The notes below the pieces were generated by a model, which was not told the DNA's origin, did not search any database, and worked only from the letters and a program-made list of their open reading frames with translations. A program made the position numbers and the translations under genes. From Candidatus Deferrimicrobiaceae bacterium (lineage in GTDB: Bacteria; Desulfobacterota; Deferrimicrobia; Deferrimicrobiales; Deferrimicrobiaceae): DNA of 64,000 nt. Location: contig CAWBVY010000001.1 in assembly GCA_963792415.1 (NCBI GenBank), positions 192,001-256,000 on the forward strand, written 5' to 3'. Positions 36,662 to 45,668 of the stretch are shown one piece after another. The first letter of the stretch is position 1, and every line of letters starts with the position of its first letter.

Positions 36662-38570
36662 GTGCGCCACCGCGGCGCGCGCCCCTTCTTCCTTTTCCCA
36701 CTTCTTTTCCTTTTCCTGCTCCCCTCCCCCGCGCGGTCGGAAAACGACGATTACCTCGCCGAACTGAAGAAATCCGCGGAGCAGCGCCTTTTACAGAATG
36801 ACCGGTACTGGGACATCCTCCTCTTTTATAAACCGGCGGCGGGAGGCCGGAAGAGCCTCGTCGACGACCCGAGATTCTTCCTGGCTCCCGGCGGGAAGCG
36901 GGATCCCGGCGCCGAGCTGTCCGCGACCCTCGGCGCCATGTTCGACAATTCCATTTCGCCTCCGATCCGTTGCCGCTTTCCCGCGCGGTACGAATGGCTG
37001 AGGGAGACACTGACGATCGATCCCCTGCGGCTCCCCGCGCCGGAATGCCCCGAACTCGACAACACCCTGCGCGCGATCAACCCGAAGTCCGCCTCCCTGA
37101 TCTTCGCCTCGGGGCACATGAACGCCCCGGCGTCGATGTTCGGGCACACGTTCCTGCGCCTGGACGGCGACTACGAGAGCCCCCTCCTGTCCTACGCGGT
37201 GAATTACGCGGCGACGATCAACCCGAAGGACGGCGGGATCGCCTACGCCTTCAAGGGGATCTTGGGGTATTACCCGGGGTACTACTCCCTCCTCCCCTAC
37301 TACGCGAAGGTCCGGGAGTACGCGAACATGGACCAGCGGGACCTTTGGGAGTACCGGACGAACCTCACGGAAACCGAGGTCCGGCGGATGACCCTTCACA
37401 TTCTGGAAATGGAGGGGATCTACGCGGACTACTACTTCCTCGACGAGAACTGTTCGTACGACCTCCTCTTTCTCCTCGAGGCCGCGCGCCCTTCCGTCAC
37501 CCTCACCGACCGGAACAAAGGATTCTTCGTCGCTCCGATCGACACACTGCGCAGCGTGCTGGCGGAAGGGCTGATCGACAACGTCGTCTTCCGCCCGTCG
37601 ACCGCCCGGACGATCCGTCACAAGGCCGGGGAGGCGGGCGAGGCGGAGGTCGCCATGGCGAAGTCGCTCGCGGCGGGCGATGTCTTGCCCTCGACCGTGG
37701 TCGAAGGGCCGCTGCCGCCGCAGGGGAAGGCGAGAGTGCTCGACCTCGCGGCGGATTTCACCCGTTATCTGTACCTGAAAAAGGAAATGCCGAAGGATGC
37801 CTATCAAGGGCGTTACCTGCGGATCCTCGCGGCCCGGAGCACGGTGGCGGAACCGCCGCCCGAATCCCGGCCGCTTCCCGTGCCCGCCCCACCCGGAGTC
37901 CGGGCACCTCGTCTCGAGGGCGTCCCTCGCGGGGGGAGCCCGCGAGGGACGCCCGTTTCTCGAGGTCGCCTACCGCCCCGCCTACCATTCCCTGGAAGAC
38001 CCCGCGGAGGGGTTCAACGACGGCTCCCAGATCGTCTTCGCGGAGGCGGCGGTCCGTTGGTACCCCCGGGACGAAAAGGTCCGCCTGCAGCGACTGGATC
38101 TCATCGACATCGTCTCCCTCGCCCCGCGGGACGCGCTGTTCCGCCCCGTCTCGTGGAAGGTGAAGACCGGTTTCGCAAGCCGGGATTTCGCCGGCGGCGC
38201 GGAAGCGATCGTGTACGAAATCGCCCCGGGGGGCGGGTTCGCGTGGAAGATCCCTTCCGTGGGGATCGCCTACCTCCTCCTGGAAACGGACCTCGCGGTT
38301 TCCGGCAGGTACGACCGTTCGTACGCGTTCGGGATGGGGGGCTCCACGGGGATCGCCCGGCAGGTTTCCGACAGGTGGGGTCTCCTCGCCCAGGCGAGGT
38401 ACATCTACGGCCTGCTCGGCGACCGGGAGCAGGGGCGGCGATTCACGGCGTCGTTGAAGGTACCGGTCCGCCTCTCCCGGAACCGGTCCCTCGTCCTGGA
38501 TGGGGAACACACGGAGGGCCCGTCGGTTCACGTGGGCACGATCCGGCTCACGTGGAACGCCTACTTCTGA
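36662..38570 (+). pseudogene. DUF4105 (Lnb-like) outer-membrane protein with a frameshift (possibly a sequencing error)
   Basis: CRFPAR, SMFGHTFLR and YYFLDENCSY in the first frame; PESGH...RPAYH.LED barrel ending in terminal F in the +1 frame. Shift near 37885-37897 in C/G runs. Confidence 0.8.
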
Positions 38571-39305
38571 CCGGTCGGACGCAGAACTACCAATCCCGTG
38601 ATCCCGAGAAAATAACGCCGTTCCGCCAGCACCTCGAACCGGTTCTCCCGGAAGATTCCCCGCAACCGGTTCCGGTCCGGGAAATCCCGCAGGCTCTCCG
38701 CGACATACCCGTGGATCTCCGGCGTCCCGTGGAGGAGGAGTCCCCAGAGACCGCACCAGCTCCGCAGAAGAAGGTACTGCAGATACCGCAGGGAGGGAAC
38801 GTTCCGGATTCGAAAAGTCGAGGAACGCCGCAACACCGCCGGGAGAAAGAACCCGGTGGACCTCGGCGACGGCTTTCCGAAGGTCGGGCGCGTTGCGAAG
38901 GGCGTAGCTTCCGGTCACGACGTCGGCGGAACCGTCGGGAAACGGGAGGTCGCACAGGTCGCCCCGCTCGAACCGGACGTTTGTGAACCGGTTGCGCTCC
39001 CGCGCGATCGCCAGCATGGGTGGCGAGAGATCCAGCCCTGTGACAACCCCGCCGGGGTAGCGTCCCGCGAGAAGGAAGGCCACGTCGCCGGTGCCGCACG
39101 CGAGGTCCACGCAAACGGGGGACGCGAAGTCCGGCAGGGCTGCGACAAACGCCCCCTTCCACGCCGCGTCCCGCCCGAGCGACATCATGCGTGTCGCGAA
39201 ATCGTACCGCGACGCGGCCTCGGCGAAGTGGAGTTCGTTGTAGGCCCGCTTCCGCTCGGGGACGTCGAGCCACTCCCGTGCCTTGAGGCGGAACCGTCCG
39301 CTCAT
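38561..39305 (-). pseudogene. UbiE/COQ5-type SAM methyltransferase with a frameshift (possibly a sequencing error)
   Basis: YDFATRMMSLGRD, DLACGTGD and YALRNAPD in one frame; C-terminus (YVAESLRDFPD) in another. Shift near 38785-38800. The start overlaps the PKS stop (ATGA). Confidence 0.78.
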
Positions 39306-40465
39306 CGCGTCGGGAAGGGCGGCAAAGAGAGGGCGCCGGGGAAGCAGGCGACCTCCCGTGCGCCGACCGCTTCCATGGTCGCCGTCTCGACGGTCAACCC
39401 CGGCCCGAACGCAACGGCGCAGACCCGCTCCCTCCCTCCCCCGGTGGAACGATTGAGGATCTCCTCGAGGACGAAGAGGATGGTGGCGCTGCTCATGTTC
39501 CCGCACCGGCGCAGCACCTCGCGGGATGCGGTCACCTGGTCGGCGGAAAGCCCGAGGGTCCTCTGCACCTGGTCGATGATCGACTTCCCCCCGGGGTGGA
39601 CCGCCCACGTATCGACGTCGGGCAGCGACAGCCCCCCGGCGGCGAGCGCGGGCCCGACCAATTCGCGGATGTTCGAGCCGATGAGTTTCGGCACGTAGCT
39701 CGACAGGGCGATGTCGAACCCCTGGTCGCCGATCCGCCACGTCATGTCCTGCTCGCCGGCGGGAACCAGGGCGGAGCGGAATCCGTCCAGCCGGTAGGCG
39801 GGCGCTCCCGGATCCGGCTCCCGGGCGGAAACGATCGCGGCCCCCGCCCCGTCGGCGAAGAGCGAGTTCGCCAGCAGGCTGTCCTCCGATCCGTTCAACT
39901 GGAGGTGCAGGCTGCACAGCTCGAGGCACATGACGAGGACCACGGCGGACGGATCCGCCGCGCAGAACTGGGAGGCCATCCGCAAGGCGGGGAAGGCGGC
40001 GTAACACCCCATGAAGCCGAGGTGGTACCGCTGCGTGGCGTCGGACATGCCCAGCTCGCGCACGATGTAGTAGTCGGGGCCGGGGTTGTAGAACCCGGTG
40101 CACGACACGGTCACGACGTGCGTCACGTCGGCGGGGGTGACACGGGGACAGTTCCCGATCACCTTCCGGGCCAACGCCACCGACATCGAACGGGACTCGG
40201 CCGAAAAGATGTCGTTGCGGGCGGCGGTCCCTGGCCCTCGAAGTGCACCACCTGCGTCGCGCCGGAAGAAGGCGCCCTCCCCCTCCCCGTCGTAGTTGCG
40301 AAGCACGGAGTGGCGCCGTTCGATCCCCGAGTGCAGGTAGACGGCCCGCACCATGCGCCTCTCCCGGTCGTCTCGGGCCCACTCCTGCATCTTCACCATC
40401 GCCTCTTCCTGGGCAAAGGAAAAGTCGGGGAGCAGCGTGTCGATCCGGTGGATCCAGGCGGTCAT
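39302..40465 (-). CDS. Type III polyketide synthase
   Basis: Cys-His-Asn triad in FMGCYAA, VHPGG and GNMSS; also ELCSLH, LFADGA and AFGPGL. Confidence 0.93.
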   Translation of the reverse strand: MTAWIHRIDTLLPDFSFAQEEAMVKMQEWARDDRERRMVRAVYLHSGIERRHSVLRNYDGEGEGAFFRRDAGGALRGPGTAARNDIFSAESRSMSVALARKVIGNCPRVTPADVTHVVTVSCTGFYNPGPDYYIVRELGMSDATQRYHLGFMGCYAAFPALRMASQFCAADPSAVVLVMCLELCSLHLQLNGSEDSLLANSLFADGAGAAIVSAREPDPGAPAYRLDGFRSALVPAGEQDMTWRIGDQGFDIALSSYVPKLIGSNIRELVGPALAAGGLSLPDVDTWAVHPGGKSIIDQVQRTLGLSADQVTASREVLRRCGNMSSATILFVLEEILNRSTGGGRERVCAVAFGPGLTVETATMEAVGAREVACFPGALSLPPFPTR

Positions 40466-40498
40466 CGGTTGCCTCCGTCCATTGCGGTTAGATGCGTC

Positions 40499-41116
40499 TC
40501 AACGGGATGGGGATACGGTCAGGGTGAAGGCGGCCTTGACGGAGATATTGTCCCCTACACGTATGATCCCGAGGACGGAGGGGGGGGTCAGGTCGAACTC
40601 CCCCAGCGGTACGGTGAACTCGAGGTCGAAGGTGACCTGTTCGCCGGATTCCTTCAGGTTGCTCGCCGTGGCGCGTACCTTCCGTTCCACGTCCCGGATC
40701 CGGAGGACCAGGTCGATGGAGGCATCCCCCTCGCGTCCTTTTCCAATTTCCGCACGGAGTCGCTCGACATCCACATCATGCGCCGCCGCGTGGATTCGCG
40801 GAAACCGCTCCGACAGGAATATCTCGCGCATCTTCCCGTCGCGGGTTGCGTTCCGCGTGTCCATCCCTGCCACCGGCACGTCCACTTCCACGTTCGGGAT
40901 GACCTGTCTGCCCGCGGCGTCGCGAGCAAGGACCGCTGTAAAGGGCAGGCAACGGGCGGAGCCGGGAACGTCGTGCAAGGTGGCCGTGACGAGGAAAGCG
41001 ACGTCGCACACACCCCGGATCGACGACGGAGACGGGTCCGCAGGAGCGGCCCCGGCGGGGGAGGATGAAAAGGCAGCAACCAGAATCGCCAGCAACATTC
41101 CCGCGCGGATGTTCAT
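40499..41116 (-). CDS. YceI-family lipid/polyisoprenoid-binding protein
   Basis: Signal peptide; ATLHDVPG, MDTRNATRD and PPSVLGIIRVGD motifs; AGGAG RBS. Confidence 0.8.
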   Translation of the reverse strand: MNIRAGMLLAILVAAFSSSPAGAAPADPSPSSIRGVCDVAFLVTATLHDVPGSARCLPFTAVLARDAAGRQVIPNVEVDVPVAGMDTRNATRDGKMREIFLSERFPRIHAAAHDVDVERLRAEIGKGREGDASIDLVLRIRDVERKVRATASNLKESGEQVTFDLEFTVPLGEFDLTPPSVLGIIRVGDNISVKAAFTLTVSPSR

Positions 41117-41180
41117 CCCGGTTCGCTCCTTCTCCATTATCATATTGGATGCGGAAATCACGGGAAGGAGTCCTGGATCG

Positions 41181-42755
41181 ATGACATCCCTCGCCAGGCA
41201 TCGCCTTCTCCCCTGGTTCTTCCTGCCGGTCGTACTGATCGCAGGGTGGGGTTGCGCGCAGAAGCTGCCGATCGACGAGGGGCGGATGGTGATCGCGCTG
41301 CCGGGTGCGCCGGTGAACATCGACCCGCGGGTGGCGACCGACGCCTACGGCGAACAGATCCTCCAGATGACGCACGCCTCCCTCGTCGGCCGCGACGGCG
41401 CCGGGGACCCTCTTCCCGACCTCGCGCAGCGATGGGAGTCGCCGGATCCCCTGACGTACGTATTCCACCTTCGGCCGGGGGTGCGGTTCCACGACGGGCG
41501 CCCGCTCACCTCCGCCGACGTGCGGTACACCTTCACGTGGATCCTCGACTCCTCGAACCGGTCCCCCCACCGGGGGCTGTACCGGCACCTTGCCGCGATC
41601 GAGACCCCCGATCCGGGGACCGTCGTCTTCCGTCTCTCCGAGCCGTTCTCCCCGTTCCTCTCAACGATGGTGCGCGGGATCGTCCCCGCGGGAAGTCCGG
41701 CGCGCGGCTACGCGCCGCCCGTCGGGGCGGGCCCCTACAGGATCGACGACCTCTCTCCCGACGGCGAGGCGGTCCTTTCCGCATACGACGGGTATTACGG
41801 CGGTCCGGCCGCGATCCGGTCGGTGACGGTCAAGTTCGTTCCCGACAGCAACGTCCGCTTTCTCGAACTGAAGATGGGAAGCGTGAACTTCAGCCTCAAC
41901 GGGGTCGACCCCGACCTGCTCCCGGCGGCTTCGCGGGCCGGACGGCTCGTCGTCGAGGAAGGTCCCGGCGGGAACGTCACCTATCTCGGCTACAATCTCC
42001 GGGACCGGGCGCTCTCCGACGCAAGGGTGCGGGGCGCGATCGCCCTCGCGATCGACCGGGAGACGATCGTCCGGACGATCTGGAAGGGGCGCGCCGACCT
42101 CGTCTCCTCGATCCTCCCCCCCGGATCATGGGCGCACGATCCGGATCTTCCCGCGGTCCCGTTCGATCCGGCACGGGCGCGGCGGCTCCTCGACGAAGCC
42201 GGGTTCCCCGATCCGGACGGCGAGGGCCCTCTCCCCCGCCTCCGGTTGACGTACAAGACGTCGCAGAACGAGGTGCGCCGACAGGTCGCCACCGTGATCC
42301 AGGAGCAGCTCCGCCAGGTAGGTATTTCCGTTGAAATCCAGTCTCTTGAGTGGGGAACCTTCTTCTCCGACATCAAGAAAGGAAATTTCCAGATCTACAG
42401 CCTCACCTGGGTCGGGATCTCGGACCCCGACATTTTCCACCACGCCTTCCATTCACGGAGCGCTCCCCCCGACGGCGCGAACCGCGGGGGGTACTCCGAC
42501 GCCGACGTGGACCGCCTGACGGAGTCGGCGAGGCGCGAGCCGTCCCGTTCGATCCGCCGGGAAATGTACCGGCGGGTGCAGCGGATCCTCGCGCGCGACC
42601 TGCCGGTGTTCCCGTTGTGGGCGGGCCGGAACCTGCTGGTCCGGGACCGGAGGTTGACGGGATTCCGGCTCACCCCGGACGAAAGCTACGCGCCCGTCCG
42701 CGCGATGCGGATCGTCCCGGACCCGGGGACTCCTTCGACCGGGGGACCCCGGTGA
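41181..42755 (+). CDS. Peptide ABC transporter substrate-binding lipoprotein (family 5)
   Basis: GWGC lipobox; PDLAQRW, LRPGVRFHDG.PLTSADV, GAGPY and RVRGAIALAIDR motifs. Confidence 0.9.
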   Translation: MTSLARHRLLPWFFLPVVLIAGWGCAQKLPIDEGRMVIALPGAPVNIDPRVATDAYGEQILQMTHASLVGRDGAGDPLPDLAQRWESPDPLTYVFHLRPGVRFHDGRPLTSADVRYTFTWILDSSNRSPHRGLYRHLAAIETPDPGTVVFRLSEPFSPFLSTMVRGIVPAGSPARGYAPPVGAGPYRIDDLSPDGEAVLSAYDGYYGGPAAIRSVTVKFVPDSNVRFLELKMGSVNFSLNGVDPDLLPAASRAGRLVVEEGPGGNVTYLGYNLRDRALSDARVRGAIALAIDRETIVRTIWKGRADLVSSILPPGSWAHDPDLPAVPFDPARARRLLDEAGFPDPDGEGPLPRLRLTYKTSQNEVRRQVATVIQEQLRQVGISVEIQSLEWGTFFSDIKKGNFQIYSLTWVGISDPDIFHHAFHSRSAPPDGANRGGYSDADVDRLTESARREPSRSIRREMYRRVQRILARDLPVFPLWAGRNLLVRDRRLTGFRLTPDESYAPVRAMRIVPDPGTPSTGGPR

Positions 42756-43672
42756 GGAGATATCTCCTCGGCCGCCTCCTCCGAACCATCCCCGTGGTGT
42801 TCGGGGTGGTGACCGTCGTCTTCCTTCTGATCCACCTTCTGCCGGGGGATCCCGTGGAGATCATGCTCGGGGAGAGCGCCGTCCCCGCGCAGAAGGAGGA
42901 ACTGCGCCGGGAGCTTCACCTCGACCGGCCGATCCTTTCGCAGTACGCCTCGTTTCTCGCCGGGATCCCGCGCGGGGACCTCGGGGTGTCGTTCCGCAGC
43001 CGGGAGCCGGTCCTCGGGGAGATCGCCCGACGGATCCCCGCCACCGTCCTCCTCGCGGCGACGTCCATCACCGTGGCGGTCCTCGTCGCAGTGCCGCTCG
43101 GGGCGCTGGCGGCGATGCGGCGTGGAAAGGCCGCGGACTACCTTTCGGGATTCGCCGCGATGCTCTCCCTGTCCATCCCGAACTTCCTCCTCGGTCCGTT
43201 GCTCGTGCTCCTCTTCTCCGTGCAGCTCGGGCTCCTCCCCGTGTCGGGGTACGGCGCGGGGCGTCCGCTGGCGCTGCCGGCCGTCACCCTCGGGACGGGG
43301 ATGGCCGCGCTGCTGACGCGGATGGTCCGGGCGACGCTGCTGGAGGAACTCCGGAAGGAGTACGTGACGGCCGCGATCGCGCGGGGCCTGCCGTACCGGT
43401 CCGCCGTCGCCCGCCACGCGTTGCGCAACGCGCTCGTCCCCGTCGTCACGGCGCTGGGGCTGTCGTTCGGCGCGGTGCTCGCCGGGAGCGTCATCACCGA
43501 GACGATCTTCTCGTGGCCCGGGATCGGCCGCCTGCTGATCCAGGCGATCGACGCGCGGGACTATCCCCTCGTCCAGGGGTGCGTCCTCGTCATCGCGCTC
43601 TCCACCGTGGCGGTGAACCTGGCGACGGACATCCTTTGCGCCCGCCTTGACCCGAGGATCCGCTATGAATGA
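42752..43672 (+). CDS. Peptide ABC transporter permease (DppB/OppB-like)
   Basis: PGDP, GDLGVSF, HALRNAL, ETIFSWPGIG and RDYPLVQG motifs; GTG overlaps the upstream stop. Confidence 0.92.
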   Translation: MRRYLLGRLLRTIPVVFGVVTVVFLLIHLLPGDPVEIMLGESAVPAQKEELRRELHLDRPILSQYASFLAGIPRGDLGVSFRSREPVLGEIARRIPATVLLAATSITVAVLVAVPLGALAAMRRGKAADYLSGFAAMLSLSIPNFLLGPLLVLLFSVQLGLLPVSGYGAGRPLALPAVTLGTGMAALLTRMVRATLLEELRKEYVTAAIARGLPYRSAVARHALRNALVPVVTALGLSFGAVLAGSVITETIFSWPGIGRLLIQAIDARDYPLVQGCVLVIALSTVAVNLATDILCARLDPRIRYE

Positions 43673-44516
43673 GGAATCCGGGTTCCTCGCCCTGATCCGC
43701 CGAACGGGCCGGCACCGGGGCGCCGCCGTCGGGATGGCCCTCCTCGTCCTGTTCCTCCTCGCCGCCGTCTTCGCGCCGGTGATCGCGCCGGGCGACCCGC
43801 TTGCCCAACAGCTCGACGAGGGACTGTCGGGACCTTCGGCTTCCCACTGGCTGGGGCAGGACAAGTTCGGGCGCGACGTTCTTTCCCGGCTGATCCACGG
43901 GGCCCGCCTCTCCCTCGCCGTCGGGTTGGGGACGGTCGGCATCTCGCTCCTCATCGGCCTTGCCGCCGGATCCCTCGCCGGCTTCCTCGGCGGCGCCGTC
44001 GACCGGGTCTTCACCGGCGCCTGCGACGTCCTGCTGGCGTTCCCGGGGATCCTGCTCGCCATCGGGATCGCCGCCGTGCGCGGTCCCTCGTTCGGGAACG
44101 TCCTGTTCGCCCTTTCGGTCCTCGGGTGGGTGGGGTACGCCCGGGTGATCCGCGCGCAGGTGCTCTCCGTGAAAACGAGGGAGTTCGTCGAGTCGGCCCG
44201 CGCCGTCGGCGGTTCCCCTGCGCGCCTGCTCCTGCGCCACATCCTCCCCAACGCGATCTCCCCGATCCTCGTCGAGGCGACCTTCGGGATCGCCCGCGCC
44301 ATCGTCGCGGAGGCGGGACTCTCCTTCCTGGGGCTGGGCGTCGCGCCGCCGGCGGCGTCGTGGGGGTCGATGATCGGCGAGGGCAGGCACTTCCTGTTCA
44401 TCGCGCCGCACCTCGTGACCGCACCCGGCGCCGCGATCCTTCTCACGGTGATGGCGTTCAACTTCGTGGGGGACGGGCTGCGCGACGCACTCGACGTGCG
44501 GGTCGAAACGGGGTAG
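43665..44516 (+). CDS. Peptide ABC transporter permease (DppC/OppC-like)
   Basis: HWLGQDKFGRDVLSR, HILPN, EAGLSFLGLG and GDGLRDALD motifs. Confidence 0.92.
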   Translation: MNEESGFLALIRRTGRHRGAAVGMALLVLFLLAAVFAPVIAPGDPLAQQLDEGLSGPSASHWLGQDKFGRDVLSRLIHGARLSLAVGLGTVGISLLIGLAAGSLAGFLGGAVDRVFTGACDVLLAFPGILLAIGIAAVRGPSFGNVLFALSVLGWVGYARVIRAQVLSVKTREFVESARAVGGSPARLLLRHILPNAISPILVEATFGIARAIVAEAGLSFLGLGVAPPAASWGSMIGEGRHFLFIAPHLVTAPGAAILLTVMAFNFVGDGLRDALDVRVETG

Positions 44517-44528
44517 ATTTTCGGGACG

Positions 44529-45668
44529 ATGAAGAATGGATCGGAAACCATCGCCTCCCCCCTGTGGGTCGGCTTCGACGGGAAGTCGCTCCCCGCCCCG
44601 CTGTCGGGATGGCTCGCGCGCGGGCAGGTCGGGGGCGTCGTCCTCTACTCCCGCAATATCGAGAGCCCCGACCAGGTGCGCGGATTGTGCAGAGAGATCC
44701 GATCCGCCGCGGGCCGCGGCAATCCCCCCCCGCTGATCGCCGTCGACCAGGAGGGAGGCCGCGTGGCGCGTTTCAAGGAGCCCCCGTTCACCTGGTTTCC
44801 GCCGGCCCGCGCCTGCTCCCTCTTCTGCTGCCGGAACGAGAGCCTGGCGGAAGCCGTGGGCGCCGCGACCGCCGCCGAACTCCGCGCGGTCGGGATCGAC
44901 GTGGACTTCGCCCCGGTCCTCGACGTGGACAGCAACCCGGCAAACCCGGTGATCGGCGACCGGGCCTTTTCCGGGGACCCGCACACCGCGGCCGCTCTCG
45001 GGATCTCGTTCGCGAAAGGTTTGCTCTCCCGTGGGATCCTCCCGGTCGGGAAACATTTCCCGGGGCACGGAGACACGTCCGCCGACTCCCATGAAGAGCT
45101 GCCGGTCGTCCGCGCGGGAATGCGGACGCTCCTTCGCCGCGAACTGCTCCCCTTCCGCCGCGCCGCGCGCGCGGGGATCCCGGCGCTCATGACCGCCCAC
45201 GTGGTGTATACCGCGCTCGACCGCGCCCTGCCGGCCACCCTGTCCCGGAAGATCCTTCACGACCTGTTGCGGGAACGCCTGCGGTTTCGCGGGGCGCTCT
45301 TTTCCGACGCGCTGGAGATGAAGGCGATCGCGGACCGGTACGGCCTCGGGGAGGCGGCGGCCCTCGCCGTGACGGCCGGGTGCGACGTCGTGCTCGTTTG
45401 CCGTGGAGAAAACGACCAGGCGGAGGCGATCGACCGCCTGGCCCGGGAGACTATTGACCGTCCGGCGTTCCGGCGGGCGGTGGCGGCGGCGGCGGTTCGA
45501 TCGGGGAGGCTTCGTGCGTGGGCGGCGGCGAAAGAACGTTGTCGCCCGGCACCCCGGGCGGTGGGAGCGGCGCGGCATCGGCTGCTTTCATCACTTCTGC
45601 GGGAGGCTTGGGAAAGTGCCGGGCAAACCTTTCCGGCCGGTAAATCCGGTAATATTGGAGAAGGTTGA
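44529..45668 (+). CDS. nagZ: Beta-N-acetylhexosaminidase (GH3)
   Basis: DQEGGRV, KHFPGHG, DSH and SDALEM motifs. Confidence 0.92.
   Translation: MKNGSETIASPLWVGFDGKSLPAPLSGWLARGQVGGVVLYSRNIESPDQVRGLCREIRSAAGRGNPPPLIAVDQEGGRVARFKEPPFTWFPPARACSLFCCRNESLAEAVGAATAAELRAVGIDVDFAPVLDVDSNPANPVIGDRAFSGDPHTAAALGISFAKGLLSRGILPVGKHFPGHGDTSADSHEELPVVRAGMRTLLRRELLPFRRAARAGIPALMTAHVVYTALDRALPATLSRKILHDLLRERLRFRGALFSDALEMKAIADRYGLGEAAALAVTAGCDVVLVCRGENDQAEAIDRLARETIDRPAFRRAVAAAAVRSGRLRAWAAAKERCRPAPRAVGAARHRLLSSLLREAWESAGQTFPAGKSGNIGEG

Noticed and set aside
37758-40382. 874-aa minus-strand ORF
   Set aside because: It combines an off-frame PKS read, the methyltransferase N-half and frameshift read-through antisense to DUF4105.
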